This document shows, piece by piece, positions 38,105-49,305 of a stretch of 64,000 bases of DNA. The notes beneath the pieces are model-generated. The model saw nothing but the letters and a program-made list of their open reading frames with translations, made no database searches and was not told the origin of the DNA. Source of the DNA: Torpedo marmorata (lineage: Eukaryota); assembly GCA_977017645.1 (NCBI GenBank), contig OZ360224.1:181412001-181476000 (forward strand), read 5' to 3'. How positions within the stretch are numbered: position 1 is the first letter of the stretch; each line of letters opens with the position of its first letter. A program made the translations under genes and the position numbers.

Positions 38105-38122
38105 TGGCGTAGTCGGCAATCT
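38105..38122 (+). promoter_or_regulatory. ERV primer-binding site, tRNA-Ser type
   Basis: TGGCGTAGTCGGCA (14 nt) is complementary to the vertebrate tRNA-Ser 3' end (…UGCCGACUACGCCA) as recalled. It starts 1 nt after the 5' LTR. Confidence 0.8.
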
Positions 38123-38976
38123 CTCGCTGGGAAGATCACCACGTATGGTGTAAGCGGCCACAAGAACACTGGGACATCGGACGGAGCAGCAGTGCACCCC
38201 TGGGACCCTTGAGCCCGAACTCCTTCACTGACCCAGGGTAACATCGTGGTCCCTCATACGAGGTCGATCTGGTTCCCTGCCGAGAGAAAAAGAACCAACA
38301 CACAAGACACAGTACCTATGGTGAGATAAGTATGAGATGATGTTTAGTTTACGGTGTTGAAAAAAGTGATGAGAATATGGTGAGATAAGTTTGAGATGAT
38401 GTTTAGTTTACGGTGTTGAAAAATGAAGTGATGAGAATAAGTTTACAGTGTTGATGATTAAGTTGTGTTTCACTTCATATTATCAGTGGAAAGATACTAT
38501 CTGACTCTTGGGTTTCGTTTTTAGGCAGCTGGTTGCGTCTCAACCAACTCTATTTAAACTATTCGGACATACGGTGATGCACCACAGTAAATTACGATAC
38601 TTGACTATTTGGAACCTACCGACCTCTTTGGCAAAAAGATGCCTCTAAAAAATGGAAGGAAAGAAGATTAGGGAATCGATAGAGGAAGCCCGCAAGAAGT
38701 GGGATGATGAAAAAAAAAAAGAGCTGGAGAGATAATGCGAGCCGCAGGGGGATAGGGATATGAACTCAGAATGGAGAACACAAATCCTGGCAGATTTTAG
38801 TCAGAATGTGAATGGCACGACAAACAGCAGGAGAAATAACACACGTGAGAAATAAAATGATGAAGTTTGGGTTCCCAATTGCATGTCTGGCATATCAACC
38901 TTGCTTGATAACCAAAGTAGAGCTAATCATGATTGGCAGCTCCCGCCCTATCTATCCCCCCCTGTGCAGTAATTTT

Positions 38977-39677
38977 TTAAAGGAGCCGACGATGGTTTTA
39001 TTTAAGATCCCGCGACCACGGGGTCTGCGCCCAAGATGGCAGCGCCTTTTAACCGGCAGCAGCCACGAGGGGCTGCAGATTCCGGGGAAGCGGAGGATTG
39101 GAGCAGGGCACCAGTGGACGGGAAGATCACCCCCCCATCTGAGAAGGAGAAGCGGAGGAGACGACCCACGGGACGGTGACCATGGCGGCGGACCGGTGAG
39201 GGGCTCTGAGGATGAAGGACCAGTGCATGTGGTGGGCTGCTGGCGACTCGAGGCGAGGAACCCGCGGAGGCTGTGGGCTGCTGGAGACTGCTGTCGGGGG
39301 ACTCACGCCGGGCTGCAGACTGCTGGAGGCTGGCTCGAACTGGCTGGAGGAGTACCAGGTATCGGAACCGGGATGCGAGGGGGTGCCGAGGGCGACCTGA
39401 CTGTGTTGGAGGTTCGGATCTGGAGCTCGGGATGCCGTTCGTTTGGACTGGACTCTGTGGCTGCGGAGGCTGCGGAAGCGCTGGAGCGAATCTATGGACA
39501 CTCGGTGACTCTGGGGGGACTCTCTTTTGCTTCTCTTTCTCTGACTAAGGAATGTTAGAGGTGCCTAGGCAATTTCTGCCGGTGGCGAATCTGTCTGCCT
39601 TGCAGCAGGCAAAAAGAAATTTCATGGAATATGACACTGTCTTATTACTATGGCAATAAATTGAATCTTGAATCTTG
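38977..39677 (+). mobile_element. 5'-truncated copy of the ~800-bp non-coding retroelement, nested in the ERV
   Basis: Aligns to 59255-59890. Tail ggcaataaattgaatcttgaatcttg. CpG-rich, so probably young. Confidence 0.8.
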
Positions 39678-42600
39678 TTTGCTACAGTGTCGATTTTTAC
39701 TGCTACTTTTTCTTCAACTCAGAACATTCACTTTTAAACCACCCTTGTTTTTGTTAAAAACACTCCAATTTTCTTTAAGCTGAGGACTCTTTAAACTAAA
39801 TAATAAATTAACCTAGTGTTCCTGCAAACCGGGAAAGGAAATGCAATCAATAAATTAACAAGGAATGCCTGAATATTTCCATTCCATTGAAATGCAGTAA
39901 CTCAGCAACAGAGACTAGACAAATGAGACAGTGAGAAAATTAAAAGACTAAAAACTTAACATTTATACTACTTTGACTCCTAGAGACAAAATGAGAATGA
40001 TTTAAGAGATATTGTTAAAATACAGCAGATATGCAGTCCAGCTACGGGATAATTAGCTGAAATGAGGTAGGATGTGAAAGTGAAGACCTGTACTTTTCCT
40101 ATACTCCTAAAGTTCTGCACAGAGCCGTCCATTTTTTTTCAGTATCTGAATTTTTCACTTCATTCAGTCTGCATTCTTTTGCCTGTAAATGACAGGGAAC
40201 CCTGAATGGGAGGTCCCGGGTGGGGGGAATAAACAAGCTGCTTTACGGTTAGTCAACAGACCGGATTTGCCAGACATGTAACCAGTGCACTTACAGTAGA
40301 GGGACGCCTCTGCCGCTGAGAAACAACAATGGGAATAAAGGGGTTGTGCCCCATCCCGATACTCAGTTATAGATTATGCCGGCTGGCCAAATGTACAGTA
40401 CCTGATATCTTTGTTACTTGATTATGTGCACAATGATACCCACATTGGCAAGGAGGGAATGATAAATATATTACTGTAAAATACCTCACTGCAGACATGG
40501 TGCCATCCAAATTTTAGTGAAGCAGACGGAAGAAAAAAAAGAATAAAGAAATGCTTCATGCCAACAACACAATGTCGGTAAAGGGCCACCATGCCAGCAG
40601 GGACGTACCTCTTGCCATGAAGCCATTTTTCTTGTTTATAATTAGCCATTTTTCTTATTTATAATCAGATTTTACTGAATTATCACGAGTGCATTGCTGT
40701 AAATATTCCTTGACGATAGTACATGTTTTAGTCGGTGGATTAAGGCTAACCCAACCACAATTATACTGCTTTGATTGTTAAGATAATACTGCCTTGATTG
40801 TTAAGACAATACTGCTTTGACTGTTAGTTAAGATTTTGTTTTACTGGTTTGACCATTAGTTAAAAATTTTAAGGGAAATAATTCTCTGCTATGGACCCCC
40901 TGAGGCATTGAATTCAGATAATGGTCCTCACTTTGTAGCCGAGATAAATGAAGAATTGTATAAGGAATTGGGGATCCTGCAGTGTTCCCACTACTCCCAT
41001 CAAACCCAGACAGCAGGAATAGTGGGATGTGCGAATAGAACATTAAAAACTAAGCTGGCAAAATTGACTGAGGAAACAGGGCTAAAATTGGCTAAAAGTG
41101 CTACCCCTAGCATTGTTTAAAATGCGGGTGACACCGCAGGCTAAGTCGGGGTTATCTGCTGCAGAGATGGTCCACGGACAGCCAATACGGACACCTGGGG
41201 GACCAAAGCCCGCACCGCCAGTAGGGATGGATTTATTATTATTAGGCAATGACCTGAGCAAATATTTGGGTAATCTTAACTAAAACTTTTTTGAGTGGTG
41301 CATCAAGCCCACCTAAAGAAGGGTGATCCAACAGAATCGAAGGGGTGAATATCCTAACGTTGAACCTGAAAATTGCGTCCTCGTAAAGAATTGGGATCGG
41401 AAGAAATTGGGAACTCTGTGGAAAGGGCCGTTCCAGGTCCCGCTAACAACACTGACTGCAGTAAAGCTTGAAGGACAGCCTCACTGGATACACCGAACAG
41501 ACTGAAGGAAAAAAGGCCCACCTAAAATGACTTTTTATTATAACAGACTGAGAAAAAAGGCCACCTACAACATGAGAACTTTATTGTTATGCCTTTTTGT
41601 TGCCTTGACATTTAAACTAAATGCCGGAGTCGTGACTGAAAAGAGGAATTTTGGGTGACAGCATAATACCTTTTTAAATGTGTCTTACTTATATGTTGAT
41701 AAGATGAATGTTTATAGCTGATGAATATATTCCCATATTCTAACCAACTCAACGGGAGGTATCCCCTCAAGACCCAGCCCCTACCCCATACAGGAAGTGT
41801 TAGAATGGATTTTTGAGACTGAACAGATCACAGACAAGTGAAAATAAGGATAAACATGTGGAGGACAGCAGGGTATATCATGACATCTTTTATTAAATGG
41901 TATCTACAGTTATATAACCATACCAAAGCTGGGAGAAAGTTGATGTAAAACTTTTACTGCAAACAATCAGACTTATTTTATTTTGACATAAGACAAAGGC
42001 ACGGTTGACTACTAACTGGACGAGGTCCTGTTAATTGGGATATGTGGTTCCCTCTATACGTCATGTACAGAAGCTACACCAATACCCTGATTGGCCAGAG
42101 GTAACCGGGTCCAGGACAAAGAGAGGTATCTCTGAGATGGAGCAGGTCTTTATGATTCTGTTCCCCTTCGACGGTATGAGAAAGGCATCCAAAGAGCTGA
42201 TTCGCCGACTCAGCGTTGGGGCTATTGGCTAATGAAACGGCTAAGGGGCTCCAAGTAGCTGGGAAGGTGGAGTCTGAACTGTCAGCAGAGATGGTTGCCA
42301 TCCGTACTGTGACAATCCAGAACCGAATGGACCATGATTTTATTCTGGCTGGTCGTGGGGAGACCTGTAAAATTATAGGTCAAGGCTGCTGTACGAATAG
42401 CTCTGACAACAGTAAATGGGTGAACCACATGCATAAAGAGAGATACAGGACTTATGAAAAATTGGTGCAAAATGCCTGACTATTACACCTACCCTTTGCA
42501 CAATGCTTTGCTGCTGGGTGGATCGAGTGGCTGGAAAAAACTTTTATTATACTCCTTGCTACTCTTGTAGATTTACTGTTTTTATGCTGTCCAAGTATTC

Positions 42601-45322
42601 TCCACAGACCTTTTAGTGGTTATCATCAAATGATAAACAGGGGGGAATGTAGAAATATAGAAATTGGGCTTACAAACATAGAAAGTATGTTTTAAAATTA
42701 CCTCACAGAAATTGTTGCAAGTAAGACTCAACTTAAGTTATTCAGTCAAGAAGCTTCCAGAAAGCAGGGCACAAGCTTGAGGCTATCAAACTCTCAGATA
42801 AGGAAACAATTCTCACCTCTTCTACAAAGCCATATCCTGATATCTGCTCAATCCTTTTAACACAATAGCGTTAACTGGCTTTGCCGGTCGAGTCAACGAC
42901 CTGTCAACAAGCAGCCCATTCATAACTGGCTTCCCGCACAAACGCAGCTGATTCAACTTTACAACCTGTCAGTCATGATTAAGTTTATCAATGGCTTTAG
43001 AAGCAAACAGCCACACTCAAGGTGCCAGTTCAGTTTCGATCTAATATTGTTTCTGTCTAGAAGTTTCTTTCCCCATTGTTAACATTGATGGCTTGATATT
43101 ATTGTGAGACTGAACATTTGCATGTGATAATTAAAGACTAAATATCAGGCATACAGAATGTGGATGTTACTGTGTATTGGAAGCAATCTTTCCAGACTTC
43201 TGCCAATTTCATATGCCAGAAATAATATCTTTTAATTATGACTTGTACATGTGAATAACTGTTTGACGTCAACCATTTCCCTGTCTTTAGAAAATAGCAA
43301 TGCAAAATGTAAAACATAAGCTTGTAACAATAAGTTCAAAGAGATGCCTATCAGATTTATATGCAAGAAAATGCCTTATATACTGTACTGTTTCCCTGAG
43401 ATCTTGAATGAGGTTCACCAGTATTAGGGAGGTGACTTTGTCTACCTACCACTAACTACTGCTCATTCCCGCTGGCGTGACTCTAATAAATTCTCTTGTG
43501 TGTTGTACTGTGTGGTGTGGTTGTACTTTTTGTACCTTGACAGGACCTAACTATTACAGTACCATCACATATCTTCCTGCCGAGTCAACAACCGTGTCCC
43601 CAACCACCACCGGAACATTTTTATTAAGATAGCTACCCCCTTAGCTTTGGAGTTAAAAGAAGATGCAGCTATCTGTCCCACCCAACCTCTTTTTAATTTT
43701 CTATGCTCCTGCTTTGTAAGATGCGTTTCCTGTAAGAAAACTATATCCGCCTGTAGCTTTTTAAGGTGTGCCAAGACTCTTTTCCTCTTTATGGGTCCGT
43801 TCAATCCATTAACATTAAAATTAAGACATTTTATAGTCTTACTCATTTGAATATATGTACAGTTCCATCCCATTTTTACAGCCCCTTTGTATATTTTTTC
43901 TATGGTGCGTCTGTCCCTTTTTACAATAATATATATATATCTGTTCAGCACTGACGATGACGCTAAAAAAAAACCCCAAAAGCCCGCGAAAAAACACCGC
44001 AGATTTAAAAAAAAGTCCCTTCCCCTTGCTCCAGCACCAACAACAACACCCACTCCTTTGGCGCCATCAACCCCCTCAAGACGGGGTGCACTTAGTGCCC
44101 TTTTTGGCATACTTAATTAACTAGCTAACCAGCTAATCTCGTACCGCCCAACTCCCCCCGGGCTCTTTGCCTCTTTATATTATTTACCTTAAAAACCATT
44201 ATTTACACGATATAACACAACTCAGTATAACGATACTATTACAGAAAACAAAACCATCCCTCTTAACCAGCGTCCCACTTTTAAGTTCAATCAAAGTCCT
44301 TCTTTCCTCCTCGTTCTTTTCTCCAAACCTTAGGATCTCCCCGGGAGGTCTCGAACAAAGTCCGCAACCTCCTGGGGTGTCCCGAAGAACTTTCTGCCTC
44401 CTTCTGGTGTGTCGAGCCTCAGCGTCGCGGGGTGGAGTAGCGCATATGGGATCCCCTTCGTTCTCAGCTGCCACTTCACTGTGACGAACGCCCTCCAACG
44501 CTTCACCAAGGCCGCACTCAGGTCTGGGAAGAAAAGTACCTTCTCCCCCTCTGGATCAATGGGCCCGTCATTTTCTCTTGCACGTGCGGTTGCCGCACGT
44601 AGGATCCTCTCCCGGTCCTGGTAGTTGAGCAAACGCACCAGGACTGGTCTTGGTCGTTGGCCTGGGTCTGGTCGGGGCCCGAGGGTTTGGAGGGCCCTTT
44701 CTATGAATAAAGTTTTTAAAAAGTTTTCCTGGCCCAGGATCTTTGGGATCCACCTTTCAAAAAAAACCCACTGGATCTTTCCCCTCCTTCAGCCCAATTA
44801 TCCTGATATTATTCCTCCTGTTGAAGTTCTCCAGCCTATCAAGCTTCTCCAAAATATTGTCTCTCTCCACTCTCCATGCATCTATATTATTTTCCTGCTT
44901 TTCTAGCCTCTCCTGGAGGTCCTCCATTTTATCTTCAACCTCCCCCACTCGGGAGGTTAAAGCTCCAAACGAGTTCTTCAGCTCCCTGATCCCAGCTGTG
45001 AGCTCTCCAAACTTGGCTTCGAGCCCAGTAATCTTGCCGGCAAGAGCCTGCACAGCGTGCAGGATATCCCGCGATGTGGGCTCTGGGGCCCCACTCGCCT
45101 CTTCCAGCGCCGGTGTCATAATGGAAGTTCCCAAACCATTGATATCGGCAACCTGGAGGCTTCTTCTTCCACAGAAACTTGGGTGTTTTGTCTTCTTTCA
45201 CATATTTGGAGATATTTATGTATTTAATGCTAAACTGACTGTTCTAAATGGCTTTAAATATCGGTCTATCAGGGAGCCCTTGGGTCCGTGTTTTCTCCTT
45301 ATCTCCGCATCACGTGACCCCC

Positions 45323-46225
45323 GTTGTTCCCCTCTCCTCACGCTACCTGACCTGCTGTGTTACCCCTCTCCTCACGCTCCCTGACCTGCTGAGTTGTTCC
45401 CCTCTGCTCACGCTCCTTGATCTGCTGAATTACCCCTCTCTTCATGCTCCCTGACCTGCTGAGTTGTTCCCCTATCCTCATGCTCCCTGACCTGCTGAGT
45501 TGTTCCCCTATCCTCATGCTCTCTGACCTGCTGAGTTGTTCCCCTCTCCTCATTCTCCCTGACCTGCTGAGTTACTCTTCTCCTCACGCTCCCAGACCCG
45601 CTGTGTTACCCCTCTCCTCACGCTCCCTGACCTGCTGAGTTACACCTCTCCTCACACTCCCTGACCTGCTGAGTTACCCCTCTCCTCACGCTCCCTGACC
45701 TGCTGAGTTACCCCTCTCCTCATTCTCCCTGACCTGCTGAGTTACCCCTCTCCTCATTCTCCCTGACCTGCTGAGTTACCCCTCTCCTCATTCTCCCTGA
45801 CCTGCTGAGTTACCCCTCTCCACACACTCCCTGACCTGCTGTGTTACCCCTCTCCTCATTCTCCCTGACCTGCTGAGTTACCCCTCTCCTCACGCTCCCT
45901 GACCTGCTGAGTTACCCCTCTCCTCACGCTCCCTGACCTGCTGAGTTACCCCTCTCCTCATTCTCCCTGACCTGCTGAGTTACCCCTCTCCTCATTCTCC
46001 CTGACCTGCTGAGTTACCCCTCTCCTCACGCTCCCTGACCTGCTGAGTTACCCCTCTCCTCATTCTCCCTGACCTGCTGAGTTACCCTCTCCTCACGCTC
46101 CCTGACCTGCTGAGTTACCCCTCTCCTCACGCTCCCTGACCTGCTGAGTTACCCCTCTCCTCACGCTCCCTGACCTGCTGAGTTACCCTCTCCTCACGCT
46201 CCCTGACCTGCTGAGTTGTTCCTAT
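45323..46225. repeat. 33-36 bp minisatellite, block 3
   Basis: Same unit, very homogeneous at 45660-46200. Confidence 0.97.
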
Positions 46226-46659
46226 CACTTTCTGTTTCTATTTCTTCATGACGGCTGGTGATTGAACTAGTGGCTGTCAATAACAGTTAAACAAAGGTAA
46301 CTAAGGAGATGGTTGTGTTTTGCGATCCTGTCGAGAAAACAGCCAGTCATGAAATACTACTGACAGTAAAGTCAATGTTTAGAGTAAAATGCTGCAAGTT
46401 AGTTAGCAAATAAGAATCAACGTCACCTTGCGCCATGATGAGAGATAAATGACCTCTTCATTATTTTGTTGCATTATTTTGCAGACATTTTTTCTCAGTT
46501 TTATTGATTAAAGTACACCTTCAATAAAATATCAAAATTCTGCAGCAAAATAAAACATCAAGCTGCTGTGTAAAGACAAATGGTCATTTTATCTTGTTTT
46601 ATGTTCAGATTTCATACATATCATCTGAAAGTTCAACGACGAGAGTGAGAAGATGTTAC

Positions 46660-46804
46660 CTCGGAAGCCATCACTGAAATGAGTTCCATTTGGCAGAAGC
46701 TCTGGAGTGTACTCGCTGTAACCTCCCACGTAAAACTGGCTGAAAACATTGAGACCCATCAAAGTCCCAGCGGAAGTGCATGTTTTATTTCTTTGGTTGT
46801 CCAC
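46660..46804 (-). CDS. EYS: EYS coding exon (laminin G domain; 145 nt)
   Basis: Acceptor ttttaag|GTG and donor GAG|gtaaca. Translates VDNQRNKTCTSAGTLMGLNVFSQFYVGGYSEYTPELLPNGTHFSDGFR(G); GLNVFSQFYVGGYSEYTP is characteristic of EYS. In phase with both neighbouring exons. Confidence 0.96.
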
Positions 46805-47304
46805 CTTAAAACAAACAGTTCGTAAAAAAATTAATGCAAACCATTTTTGTGTTGAACTTTAATGACTTAACTTTTGAACACATTCAAATTTACCATGATG
46901 CTCACCACTTTGGATCTTGCAAGAGATTAAATCATTCTCTCAGTGCCTCAACACATTATTTTGTCGACTACATCAGAAGCCACCAGCTATTTTAAGTGAA
47001 AATACTAGCAAAGTCACAATACCATCCTTCGTATCTTAACCTTGCAGCCTCCAACCTTCCAGAATCCTGGTGAGATTTTTACAATGCTGCTTGTTGCCTC
47101 TGAACGTTTCACATTATCTACCAATTACTTAAAATGTTGATCCTTCTTTAGGGAAGACTGATGCCTGGAACAGATAATTCGATTAGTTTCACCCTGTGCT
47201 TTCCTCAAATCTGCGGAGCTTTTACCCTCAGTGATTGCTGTGGCACTACTGTAACCGAGAATGTGTATTATCTTTCTATCTTTCATATCTACTATCTCCT
47301 TCGT

Positions 47305-47680
47305 ACAAAATTCTTAAGGGATTGGACAGGCTAGATGCAGGTAGGTTGTTCCCGATGTTGGGGAAGTCTAGAACCAGGGGTCACAGTTTAAGGATAAAGG
47401 GGAAGTCTTTTAGGTCTGAGATGAGAAAAAAAATTTCACTCAGAGGGTGATGAATTTGTGGAATTCTCTGCCACAGGAAGTAGTTGAGGCCGGTTCCTCA
47501 GCTATATTTAAGAGGGAGTTAGATTTGGCACTTGTGACTAAGGGGATCAGGGGGTATGGAGAGAGAGCTGGTACTGGGTACTGAGTGGATGATCAGCCAT
47601 GATCAAAACGAATGGCGGTGTTGGCTTGAAGGGCTAAATGGCCTACTCCTACATCTATTTTCTATGTTTCTATGTTTCTT
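47305..47680 (+). mobile_element. CR1 3' end
   Basis: YKILKGLDRLDAGRLFPMLGKSRTRGHSL. Tail (tctatgtt)n. Confidence 0.88.
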
Positions 47681-49305
47681 CCATACAGTGATTTAATTCA
47701 TACCATTAGAGTTGTTTTTTTCCACAAAGTACTTGTTTGGTTGCAGCAAGAAAGAATTTATGTCCATACCGGTATGTACATTGTACTTAATGTGTATGAT
47801 CATAAAATCATCATCATTATCAAATTTGAACTTAGCTTTCCTATTCTTTTGGAAAAAAACAATCCAATCATAAAAACTTACTGTGGAAAAAAGATTTCTT
47901 CTCATTTATCGTATGATATAAACGAAGTTTGTGTCTGCTAATTCCCAATCCTACTGCCAGTGGAAATGATTTCACCCTGACTCATCTGAGTTTTGAAACC
48001 TAATAATCTCCCACTTGACCTTTTCTGATCCCAGAAGAAGTTCCTCCCTTCTCCGGGTCCTCCACAGAATTAAAATGAGTCATCCCTGGTACCATTCAAG
48101 TAAAATCCCACCCACCCTCCTCAAGGGCTTTGCTTACATCTTAAAGTGGCTCCAAGTTAATTTCATGCGTTAAGCTGCCCAGTTCTTTGTAAATATGCTT
48201 TGAGCTATTCTAATGAATTAAACACTTTGAAACATGGCAAAAACTGCGAGACAATAAAAGCATCAACAAAGTAAAATAATTAACAAAAGGTTTCCAGTTT
48301 CATTGGAGAGGTGAATGGAATTGTTACTCTTTTCCCAGAATGAAGTGGTGGAGAGATGAATTTGCCATTGTAACGTTGGCACGTTCTGGCAAGTCTGGAC
48401 TCTATCATTGTGACCATCCGTGGTTCCAGAGACAGAGAGGAGTGCTGGCATTTGTCCATCAGAGGTCCTGATAAGTCAAGGCTTAGTTACATGGGAAAGC
48501 TGCAGTGTCACCAGTTCCAGGTCACAATTGGCAGTTTGTCTCTTTGACCAGGTCACCGGGTACAACTTTTACAAATATATTTAAATCATGGCATTCGAGT
48601 GGATAACTGTAGACTCAGAACTGTTACTGCACTGAAGGCTATGTGATCCTTCCAGTCCCGTGTCAGGACTTTGAAGATAAATACTCTGCTTTTTCCAGAA
48701 TACTTCAAATTGCTTCCCTTCTTTTGAAGTTCTACTTCATTCCACTACCGATCATTGGCACGCTTTCCTCACATTGCCATCACCCATTCCTGCTTCACCA
48801 CCACCGACGCTCCTATCTCCCACCCCATCCAGAGCCCATTGCTTACTCAATTGAATTACTCTGTCTGGATGCTAGAAACATCTGCTATTTCCTGAACCTT
48901 TTTCTCCAGAAGATAGATACTTTGATCAAAGGATGCTCCCTCAGCATGAACACAGGAATTGATGCATTAATCAGATCTAGGTCACATCTTACCATTCGGA
49001 TCATCTTATGATAATGGAATTACTCTCTCATTGTAATAAATGGTTTGGAAAAGCCTCAGACACTTACGAGGAGAAGCTTTGGGAGCCACCAAAATTGTCT
49101 GTTCTTCTCAAGCACAGGTGTTCATCTAGGATCATTGTTCAGACCAAAAGGTAAGAGAACTTCCGTCTGTGTGGCCAACACTTCAAAAGTCAAATTCTCA
49201 GCTCATCCCACATTGAAGCAGTAATGAGAGAGAGAGAGAGAGGGAGGGGAAAGGCATATGAAATTGTGCTGCTCTGAGAGAACCGTTAACATCATATATT
49301 CTCAT

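Larger units (their letters stand above)
37194..43558 (+). mobile_element. Class I (gamma/epsilon-like) endogenous retrovirus, internally deleted
   Basis: LTRs 37194-38103 and 42648-43558 (TG…CA, ~97% identical by eye) with TSD GTAC. PBS at 38105 and PPT aaacaggggggaa. Integrase remnants (HNDTH, SDNGPHF, WKGPFQV). env remnants: RTKR furin site, QNRMDHDFIL immunosuppressive-domain-like motif, CX6CC. Confidence 0.93.
36642..45322 (-). mobile_element. Second L1-clade LINE: 5' UTR, ORF1 and endonuclease; lacks its 3' part; interrupted by an ERV
   Basis: 5' end GGGGGTCACGTGATG. ORF1 pieces 44757-45134 (coiled coil, RRNNIRIIGLKEG) and 44330-44638 (LFFPDLS, YALLHPATLR). ORF2 starts at ATG 43846 (NVNGL, LQETH) and resumes at 37193 (HCQIYSEPWTLLNLYAPN, GGDFN). 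Ends abruptly at 36642. Confidence 0.92.

Noticed and set aside
38812-39558. 248-aa ORF as ERV gag or an accessory gene
   Set aside because: It spans the junction into the nested GC-rich non-coding element, and the frame is not kept in that element's other copies.
28734-45322. The two L1 pieces as one element split by satellite
   Set aside because: Each has its own endonuclease region covering the same motifs (LQETH, GGDFN) with different sequence and base composition, so they are separate families.
27595-46225. CRISPR-like array (33-36 bp periodicity)
   Set aside because: Units are head-to-tail with no unique spacers, there are no cas genes, and the context is a vertebrate intron. It is a minisatellite.
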